Shown piece after piece: positions 58,099 through 64,000 of a stretch of DNA of 64,000 nucleotides (position 1 is its first letter; every line of letters begins with the position of its first letter). The stretch spans positions 1,596-65,595 of the forward strand of contig JAUPKF010000003.1 in the NCBI GenBank assembly GCA_030837625.1, in the 5' to 3' direction. The notes beneath the pieces are model-generated. The model was not told the DNA's origin. It saw nothing but the letters and a program-made list of their open reading frames with translations, and searched no databases. Both the position numbers and the translations under genes were made by a program. The DNA is from Patescibacteria group bacterium (GTDB lineage: Bacteria > Patescibacteriota > Minisyncoccia > Moranbacterales > UBA2206).

Positions 58099-58518
58099 TT
58101 AATCTTCCCGCCCGATTTTCCAGATCGTGATTTGCACGAATGTCGCTGTGCCGGCCATAGCCATAATCAAAAGAAAATACCAAAACAACGGATGCGCGAA
58201 ATACAAAAAGAAAGTTACCAGCGCCATCCACACTCCCGTGCACCAAGGACAGTCAATCAGATGCCACAAAGTTCTCCCCGGTCCGCTTTCAAATTTCGCC
58301 AGATAATCCCGAACAAAATCCGTCACCATATCATACGTGAAAAGACGAATCAATCGGTACGTCGCCAAGATCAAAATCACAAAATCAAAAACGGGAATGT
58401 TCTTTGTCAATTTCCCCTGCGAATTCAAAAAAACTATCGCTAAAGCGACAAGTAGGATATACAACGACGAAGAAAACATATGCCAAAAATGCTGGTCGGA
58501 CTTGCTGGAATTTTCCAT
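58099..58518 (-). CDS. Membrane protein with a CPWC motif (DUF1360-like)
   Basis: The 139-aa ORF has four TM helices and a ...LIDCPWCTGVW... motif. Confidence 0.4.
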   Translation of the reverse strand: MENSSKSDQHFWHMFSSSLYILLVALAIVFLNSQGKLTKNIPVFDFVILILATYRLIRLFTYDMVTDFVRDYLAKFESGPGRTLWHLIDCPWCTGVWMALVTFFLYFAHPLFWYFLLIMAMAGTATFVQITIWKIGRED

Positions 58519-58641
58519 AGGTTTTGTTTTATCTGTTTATTCCATACCTACTACAAACCGCAAAGCCTTATATTTCCCGGAAACAAAAAGAGGCGAAGTC
58601 CGATGATTCGAACTCCGCCCTTTGGCCAGAAAAAACTGACC

Positions 58642-58845
58642 CTAATATTCCATCCTCATAACGCCCACGTTCAACTGAGCTTCCTCAAGCGCCTCTTTAA
58701 TATCACAGTTCAACCCTTCCGGAACATTGTCCAGAACGATTTTTTTGTGTCCGAAATGTATAAAACACTCAGGCGCAACTTTGTGAAGCGCGGAACGAAC
58801 CAACGCCTCGCTATAGCCGTCAGGCATAGAAATTACAATCGACAT
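58642..58845 (-). CDS. Small protein A of the small-ORF cluster (67 aa)
   Basis: Strong SD (gcggAAAGGAGGatg). It overlaps ORF B by 13 nt. Confidence 0.45.
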   Translation of the reverse strand: MSIVISMPDGYSEALVRSALHKVAPECFIHFGHKKIVLDNVPEGLNCDIKEALEEAQLNVGVMRMEY

Positions 58846-59057
58846 TCATCCTCCTTTCCGCTAAGAATATTAGCCACACATTCCCTCATTTCCAAGGACA
58901 TTGAAACTTTTTCCCGTGCTGTAACGAGAACAGCTGACATTATTTCTCTCTCCAGAGAAGATCCAGACGCCCAAGCGTCCCTAATCCCGCTAGGATTCTC
59001 GGCCTTTACACAGTTGGTCAACCTTACCACATTACGAGAATTAAGATCGTACAACAT
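58833..59057 (-). CDS. Small protein B of the cluster (74 aa)
   Basis: Strong SD (caaatAAGGAGGtggcATG). Confidence 0.45.
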   Translation of the reverse strand: MLYDLNSRNVVRLTNCVKAENPSGIRDAWASGSSLEREIMSAVLVTAREKVSMSLEMRECVANILSGKEDECRL

Positions 59058-59073
59058 GCCACCTCCTTATTTG

Positions 59074-59256
59074 TTAGTTGCCCTTTCTTCTTATCGACAT
59101 TCTGCCCGATACTCGATTGGATTTTCCGACCCTGAATCCAACCGGACTTTTCTTTGGAGGAATATTGAAAACAACCTCCAATAACTCAACCGCTTCTCCA
59201 TTGCGTTCAACGAAGATTATTTCCCTGCCTGATTCTGTTTGTCTCATTTTTGTCAC
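59074..59256 (-). CDS. Small protein C of the cluster (60 aa, basic C-terminus)
   Basis: An SD AAAGGAGG lies upstream. The start may be a GTG slightly upstream of the track ATG. Confidence 0.35.
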   Translation of the reverse strand: MTKMRQTESGREIIFVERNGEAVELLEVVFNIPPKKSPVGFRVGKSNRVSGRMSIRRKGN

Positions 59257-59514
59257 CGCACTTCCTCCTTTTTAAAGAACTGCCATTGCTATTGCCAAAA
59301 AATAACAACTAAAAAGCCGGCCCAGATGGCCGACTTTGGTTTTTTGAAAATTCTACTGAATCTTACGCTTTTATTTCCACGAAACCAAAACCGGCCTTCC
59401 GGATAAACCAGGAGAAGAAATAAAAGAAGCTATAGAGGTTTTGGCTCGCTGAAATTTTCATACTAAAAGTCTATCATCCTGAAAAAATCTGTCAAGCTGG
59501 CATAAAAAATATCG

Positions 59515-59540
59515 GGCGATCGCGTGGCGATCGCCCTAGT
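59515..59540 (-). terminator. Perfect GC-rich palindrome GGGCGATCGC-gtg-GCGATCGCCC, a terminator after small ORF D
   Basis: The hairpin is followed on the minus strand by gauauuuuuuaug. Confidence 0.5.
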
Positions 59541-59547
59541 GAACTGA

Positions 59548-59718
59548 TCAATTGCCGATTTCGTCCGGACGAAATTCGCCCGAAACAACGCCAGCCGTAG
59601 CCCCGAAAGAGCTTCCTTTGGCTTCTTCCTTTGAAACCTTTTTCTCATCGGGTGTTGCGACAACAGCCTTGCAGGGCTCCCCATACTTGTAGCTTTTCGC
59701 CTCTTCTTGCCTCATCAT
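59548..59718 (-). CDS. Small protein D of the cluster (56 aa), not in the ORF track
   Basis: My own translation gives MMRQEEAKSYKYGEPCKAVVATPDEKKVSKEEAKGSSFGATAGVVSGEFRPDEIGN, with an SD AAAAGGA upstream. The track ORF 59463..59684 is in a different frame and lacks an SD. Confidence 0.4.
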   Translation of the reverse strand: MMRQEEAKSYKYGEPCKAVVATPDEKKVSKEEAKGSSFGATAGVVSGEFRPDEIGN

Positions 59719-59730
59719 CTCATCCTTTTC

Positions 59731-59916
59731 TTATCGCGTTGCTTCAACTCTGTTGCCCTCCCCTCGACAAACAGGGATGTTAAGAACTTTCTCTCTCAAT
59801 GTTCTGCACGCCTTAGTGTTTGATTTAAGGGTGCACCTAGGATTCTGCTTGCGACAACCCCATATACAATCAAGGTCATTCGCCCAATTCGTTGCCTTTT
59901 TATGAGCGTCCATCAT
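59731..59916 (-). CDS. Small Cys-rich protein E of the cluster (61 aa)
   Basis: SD ggagAAAAGGAGAatgatg. It has six Cys residues (…DCIWGCRKQNPRC…KAC…VC…). Confidence 0.45.
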   Translation of the reverse strand: MMDAHKKATNWANDLDCIWGCRKQNPRCTLKSNTKACRTLREKVLNIPVCRGEGNRVEATR

Positions 59917-60208
59917 AATTCTCCTTTTCTCCGCGTCTTTGCGCGACGTTAAAGAACTTCAAAAAGAACTACTTCCTAAAAAAACAAAATCCCGCCTGAG
60001 TTGGGCGAGTGGTTCGGCTTTGATTTTGAGAAACTTCCTATCCTCCAATCAAAACGCAAACACCCGCGCGAGACGGGATATTATTGTTCTGATTATTGTT
60101 TCGAACGTTTCTCATAATTTGAGTTTACTCCAAAAGTATTTTTTGTCAAATCCGCCCATAAAAAAGAGGCGGCCACGTGGGACCGCCTGCAAAGCAGGAA
60201 GTGGGTAG

Positions 60209-60439
60209 CTAGGTAATCAACTCCACCGCCGCCTTTCCATCTTCCCTTGGTGAATGCATCATCCCCCGTGGACAGTAATATTTAACAACTTGCCCAAGAC
60301 GGACAAACTCCTCCATTTTTTCTCCACATTCAGGACAAACATGGTCATCTTGTCGAATACTTTCGCACAAATCACCCAAGATTCCCCAGGCGCCTTCGTA
60401 TAGTTCCGCAGGATTCAAGTCATCTTCTGGAAAGTACAT
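60209..60439 (-). CDS. Small zinc-ribbon protein F (76 aa)
   Basis: SD aaAGGAGGtttttctATG. The sequence has CPEC...(17 aa)...YCPRG. Confidence 0.5.
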   Translation of the reverse strand: MYFPEDDLNPAELYEGAWGILGDLCESIRQDDHVCPECGEKMEEFVRLGQVVKYYCPRGMMHSPREDGKAAVELIT

Positions 60440-60662
60440 AGAAAAACCTCCTTTTGAAAAATTTGTTTTACGTTGAAAACAAAACAGCCACCCCGTTGGT
60501 GGTTGTTACAATGAGCTATTTTTCTACACTATTTTACGAAACTCTAAAGACAACCACCGGGTGTTGGGTAAGCAACAACAACAATAGATTGTCTAATCGG
60601 TTTCGCATAGGGAAAGTTTATCATAAAAAATAAAAAATTGTCAAACATACAATTTGAGGGCA

Positions 60663-60694
60663 GGGACGCGGAAAGGATCTTCCGCGTCCCTGTT
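60663..60694. terminator. Perfect palindrome CAGGGACGCGGAAAGGATCTTCCGCGTCCCTG (bidirectional terminator-like)
   Basis: A 14-bp stem lies immediately downstream of small ORF G on the minus strand. It is followed on the plus strand by tttgtcattt. Confidence 0.5.
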
Positions 60695-60696
60695 TG

Positions 60697-60852
60697 TCAT
60701 TTCACAACGTTACTCTTGTCTTCTTTTTCTTCATCCTCCTCTATTTTTCTTTTTTGAGAGTTCTCAAAAATCTCATCCATCTTCCTCTCCGCAAGCGCGC
60801 GAAGAGTCAATGAAGGAGTAACGCCAAAAAAACTCATCAGCTCTTTCTCCAT
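60697..60852 (-). CDS. Small protein G (51 aa), not in the ORF track
   Basis: My own translation gives MEKELMSFFGVTPSLTLRALAERKMDEIFENSQKRKIEEDEEKEDKSNVVK, with an SD AAAGGAGAAAAGGA. It starts 12 nt after the stop of H. Confidence 0.4.
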   Translation of the reverse strand: MEKELMSFFGVTPSLTLRALAERKMDEIFENSQKRKIEEDEEKEDKSNVVK

Positions 60853-60864
60853 TCCTTTTCTCCT

Positions 60865-61017
60865 TTACCCGCACCACAGATAGCGCGGGTCTCTGTCTGG
60901 TCCCGGACACTCGAGATCGGGTTTCTCTTCTTCCTCAACCCAATCTCCATAAATCTTTTCAATCGCTCCAGCCGACAGCTCGACCCGAAGCTTTTTCACT
61001 TTCTTCTCTTCGGCCAT
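60865..61017 (-). CDS. Small protein H (50 aa), not in the ORF track
   Basis: My own translation gives MAEEKKVKKLRVELSAGAIEKIYGDWVEEEEKPDLECPGPDRDPRYLWCG, with an SD gaAAGGAGGgcgggctATG. Confidence 0.4.
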   Translation of the reverse strand: MAEEKKVKKLRVELSAGAIEKIYGDWVEEEEKPDLECPGPDRDPRYLWCG

Positions 61018-61290
61018 AGCCCGCCCTCCTTTCGTATTTTTAAGAACTATTCGCTCTTATTCGCTATCATTCGCTCTGCTTTCGCGAATAAAAAACCGAC
61101 GGGGTTCCGTCGAGTTCATTTTGCTTTCAACTTTTGAAACCAAAATCAACCCGACGTCCGTCGGATAATAATGTCCATAATAATGTTATTTGACCTCATA
61201 TTCATTACAATTTTGAGATTCGTATCGAAAAAATAATAATTTTTATTGGACGAGGAGCTTCTGACGAAACATGAAACCCCCCGAGGTCTT

Positions 61291-61518
61291 CTACGGTAAC
61301 CTGATTCTTCTCTCCAGCCGCCCCTCGAAATTGGGAATCACCTGGTTTTGCAACTGATACATCCTGCTCTCAACTTTGACCTTTTCGGCGGGAGCAAGCA
61401 GCAGACTCTTAAGTCTGTGTTCGAGAATCTTTACTTCATTTTGCGAAGCCGTTATCACACTCCGCAAGTGGTTGACGTCCTTGTGTTTCTTTCTTTTCGC
61501 CTGATATTCACTTCCCAT
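61291..61518 (-). CDS. Small basic protein I (75 aa)
   Basis: SD cGGAGGAGGagttATG. It is followed on the minus strand by a terminator hairpin (CGACGGaaccCCGTCG plus a U run, at ~61095-61120). Confidence 0.45.
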   Translation of the reverse strand: MGSEYQAKRKKHKDVNHLRSVITASQNEVKILEHRLKSLLLAPAEKVKVESRMYQLQNQVIPNFEGRLERRIRLP

Positions 61519-61597
61519 AACTCCTCCTCCGTAAAAGTATGAAAAGCGAGGGGAAAGCGAAGAATCCGCTTTCCCCGCAAAAAGAGTGCGTACGAGA

Positions 61598-61831
61598 TTA
61601 GATGTCTCTCGCCATTATCGGTTCTCGCGGACCAATATGGCGAATGTAACCAGGTTTGAGAGGTGGCATTTTCAAAAGCGGCGGAAGCTTCGTTTCGCTC
61701 ACAAGTTGGGCTTCCTGCTTTTCCTGTTTCTTCTTTTTTTGCTCGTTAAGTGCTAACTCAACGAGACTTTCCGCCAGCCCCTCTTTGTGGCCGGCACCAA
61801 ACATGCCGACTTCAAAATCCATCGGTACCAT
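61598..61831 (-). CDS. Small protein J (77 aa)
   Basis: SD aagAAGGAGGttttATG. The C-terminus has a ...KLPPLLKMPPLKPGYIRHIGPREP... segment. Confidence 0.45.
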   Translation of the reverse strand: MVPMDFEVGMFGAGHKEGLAESLVELALNEQKKKKQEKQEAQLVSETKLPPLLKMPPLKPGYIRHIGPREPIMARDI

Positions 61832-61974
61832 AAAACCTCCTTCTTTAAAAGTTGGATTGTTTTAGGTGTGACATCAGCCCTTGGCTAGATTTTCAGCCCC
61901 TTTTGGGAGAGCCGTAAATCCTGGAAAGATTTCTTAAATCCTCCCAATAGACGGTAACCGTCGCCAGGAATCTG

Positions 61975-62017
61975 CATGCCGGACGATAAATAACTTTTAC
62001 TTACCCTCCGGCATGCG
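61975..62017. repeat. 10-bp perfect inverted repeat GCATGCCGGA ... TCCGGCATGC with a 23-nt loop
   Basis: It lies in the intergenic region upstream of the small-ORF cluster, on the minus strand. A degenerate AGCCcttGGCT hairpin at ~61873-61886 resembles half of the 30-nt dual-hairpin module. Confidence 0.4.
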
Positions 62018-62255
62018 GATTTTCGAGATGCCAATCAACTTTTTCTCAAAGAACTACTTTTTACAAAAACAAAACCCAGTTTTTGCTGGGGTAATTTTTT
62101 TCTATTTCTTTTGCCAAACCCCAGCGAAAAATTATCGTCCAAAGACGACGGACAATACCTTGATGGTAATGTAATTTTTCACCGAGTTTTTCATGGCTGT
62201 AGGATAGCAGAATATCCAAAATCTGTCAAATGCTCCTTGTGGATAACCGGGATCA

Positions 62256-62335
62256 TGAAACATAAAGCACACAGCATGAAGCAAAAAAACACGCCTACTA
62301 AGACTCTCTATGTTACGTGTTACGTGTTACGTGTC
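62256..62335. repeat. CATGAAA plus GTTACGTG unit hairpin region downstream of rpoD
   Basis: Sequence is catgaaacataaagcacacagcatgaagcaaaaaaacacgcctactaagactctctatgttacgtgttacgtgttacgtgtc. Confidence 0.5.
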
Positions 62336-63700
62336 TTAATAGTCCCGCAGTTTCTTGATCCCCTTATGATCCCGAATCTTTTCAAGCGCTTTGGCTTCTA
62401 TCTGGCGGATGCGTTCCCGCGTTACGCCAAACTCCTGCCCGACTTCTTCCAGCGTATGCGTCACGCCGTCTTCCAAACCAAAACGTATTTTCAAAATCTT
62501 TTGTTCGCGCGGAGTCAGTTCTTTCAAGATTTCCGTTACATGATCTTTGAGCATTTTGCGGCTGGCAATCTGATTGGGCATCACCGTTTCCGTGTCCTCA
62601 ATAAAATCACCCAAAACACTATCATCATCGTCCGATCCCACGGAAGTTTCCAGGGACACTGTTTCCTGGGAAATTTTTTGGATGTGACGGATTTTTTCCA
62701 CTTCCAGCCCCATTTCCACGGCAATTTCTTCTGGCAGAGGTTCGCGTCCCAAATCCTGAACCAGTCTTCTCGTCACCTGAATATATTTATTAATCGTCTC
62801 CACCATATGCACCGGGATACGGATTGTCCGAGACTGGTCGGCTAGCGCCCGCGTTACCGCCTGGCGAATCCACCAAGTGGCGTAAGTGGAAAACTTATAG
62901 CCCTTCCGATAGTCGAATTTTTCCACCGCCCGGAAAAGCCCAATATTCCCTTCCTGGATAAGATCAAGCAAAGACAAATTGTGCGAGCGGCCGACATATT
63001 TTTTGGCGATGGAAACCACCAGCCGCAGGTTAGCTTCGGTCAATTTTTGCTTGGCTGCCAAGTCTCCCTTTTCAATCCGCTTAGCCAAAGAAACTTCCTC
63101 TTCGGTTTTCAAAAGATCCACTCTCCCTATTTCTCTGAGATACATTTGCACCAAATCCGAAGAGGCCTCTTCCGGAACCGCCAAAGCCGCCGGCTCCTTC
63201 TTTTTCTTGCTGTTTTTTTCCGTTTCCAAATCTTCCGAAATTTTATCAGTTTCCATCTTGATCATTTCATCCGAACTAACCACACGGATACTGGCTTTTT
63301 CCAACCGATCATACAGTTCTTCCAGTACTTCGATTTCTTTCTCCGCATCCGGAACGGCGTGCAAAATCTCGTCTTCCGTGACAAAGCCCCTTTGGCGAGC
63401 GCGATAAATCAGATCCTCCACGAGATCTTTTTTCTTTTCCGCCGCCTTTTCCGCCGTCATTTTTTTTGTTTCCTTGCTCGTTTTGCCAGAGGCCTTCACT
63501 CTCGCCTTCTTCTTGGAATTTTTGAAATTGTTTTTCGCTTTTTTCGCCTTATTCAAAAGCGCCCTGGCTTTCCCGGACTTTTTTACCGCCTTCCGAACCG
63601 CGCTTTGCGCCGGCGTTTTTTTCTTAATATTTTTTTTGCTGGAAAGAGCGGCTTTCTTTTTCTTGTTTTTTCTAGTTGCCATATTTGAAACGGACTGCAA
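62336..63700 (-). CDS. rpoD: RNA polymerase primary sigma factor (sigma-70/RpoD) with a K/A-rich N-terminus
   Basis: Region 2 has ...[38 protein letters not shown].... Regions 3/4 have ...[27 protein letters not shown].... Confidence 0.95.
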   Translation of the reverse strand: MQSVSNMATRKNKKKKAALSSKKNIKKKTPAQSAVRKAVKKSGKARALLNKAKKAKNNFKNSKKKARVKASGKTSKETKKMTAEKAAEKKKDLVEDLIYRARQRGFVTEDEILHAVPDAEKEIEVLEELYDRLEKASIRVVSSDEMIKMETDKISEDLETEKNSKKKKEPAALAVPEEASSDLVQMYLREIGRVDLLKTEEEVSLAKRIEKGDLAAKQKLTEANLRLVVSIAKKYVGRSHNLSLLDLIQEGNIGLFRAVEKFDYRKGYKFSTYATWWIRQAVTRALADQSRTIRIPVHMVETINKYIQVTRRLVQDLGREPLPEEIAVEMGLEVEKIRHIQKISQETVSLETSVGSDDDDSVLGDFIEDTETVMPNQIASRKMLKDHVTEILKELTPREQKILKIRFGLEDGVTHTLEEVGQEFGVTRERIRQIEAKALEKIRDHKGIKKLRDY

Positions 63701-63727
63701 AACTCCCCTTTTTTAGTCAAAGGAGGC

Positions 63728-64000
63728 TTACTGCCCTAAGTTGAATATTTCGTCGGATATCTTTTTAAATTCGCTTCTCAAGAAACCAACCGCCTTTAGG
63801 TCTTTTTTTTCTTCCGCCATTTTCAAATCGGTTGTAATCTTCAGAAGCTTTTCTCTTTTCATTTCTATTTCTATTCCCTTAACAATCTGCTCCAGTTCCA
63901 AAAGAGGATTTTCCACGAAAACCTCCTCCAAGCTGTTATTTAAATCAAGCCGGTATTTCTTTTCGAAATACAATTTTTCCGCCCGCGTTTTATCTTCTTC
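63728..64000 (-). CDS. 3' end of an upstream gene running off the window edge (position suggests a dnaG-like gene, not verifiable)
   Basis: The open frame continues to the window edge. The C-terminal 81 aa are K/E-rich with no motif. The dnaG idea rests only on the common dnaG-rpoD arrangement. Confidence 0.25.
   Translation of the reverse strand, partial: EEDKTRAEKLYFEKKYRLDLNNSLEEVFVENPLLELEQIVKGIEIEMKREKLLKITTDLKMAEEKKDLKAVGFLRSEFKKISDEIFNLGQ

Noticed and set aside
63728-63973. Assigning the ORF upstream of rpoD as dnaG
   Set aside because: Only gene-order expectation supports it. The 81 visible residues carry no primase motif and the gene runs off the window, so the dnaG call is retained only as a low-confidence partial CDS.

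Overview
This 64-kb window is chromosomal DNA from a small, moderately AT-rich bacterium. The gene content is mostly core housekeeping, interspersed with many small membrane or secreted hypotheticals. That pattern is reminiscent of Patescibacteria/CPR-like genomes, but the phylum call is an inference from gene content and style only.

Genes I can support directly from the ORF translations:
- Repair and regulation: lexA, uvrB, ssb, rpoD, a DEAD-box helicase, RNase J.
- Purine and sugar metabolism: guaA and guaB (divergently arranged), pgi, manC, phosphoglucomutase/phosphomannomutase.
- Translation: trpS, ychF, rpsF-ssb-rpsR, efp, smpB followed by a tmRNA gene, infC-rpmI-rplT, rsgA, a cold-shock protein, msrB.
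- Cell envelope (a minus-strand block at 31-42 kb): L,D-transpeptidase, lgt, ddl, an aminotransferase, a short Mur-ligase-like ORF, and a VanZ-peptidase fusion.
- RNA genes: tRNA-Ser(CGA), tRNA-Asn(GUU) and tmRNA.

Main hunt results:
1. A decayed 5' copy of tRNA-Asn carries two clean 30-nt dual-hairpin insertions. It flanks a small GIY-YIG nuclease ORF, with the intact tRNA-Asn immediately downstream. The same 30-nt module sits after the tmRNA 3' end between 11-nt direct repeats, suggesting a miniature element targeting tRNA-like genes.
2. A block of about 10 co-oriented small ORFs (49-77 aa) lies at 58.6-61.9 kb. Each has a strong Shine-Dalgarno, and they are split into terminator-bounded mini-operons. 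Several are Cys-rich zinc-ribbon proteins. I cannot assign a function; a mobile-element or phage-derived islet is possible.
3. A ~110-bp element occurs three times at >90% identity, each time immediately upstream of a start codon (lexA, ssb, rpmI).
4. Intergenic hairpins across the window are built from tandem 6-7-mer units (TACGAA, CACGTAA, CATGAAA, AACTTT).
5. Related simple repeats are inserted in-frame into uvrB and lgt, and one supplies the C-terminus and stop codon of the aminotransferase.

Other notable items are a compositionally atypical Cys-rich small gene with its own Shine-Dalgarno and terminator (3.3-3.6 kb), a PL7-type alginate lyase, and a large secreted beta-propeller/FN3 protein. 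No CRISPR array, integrase or transposase was seen.
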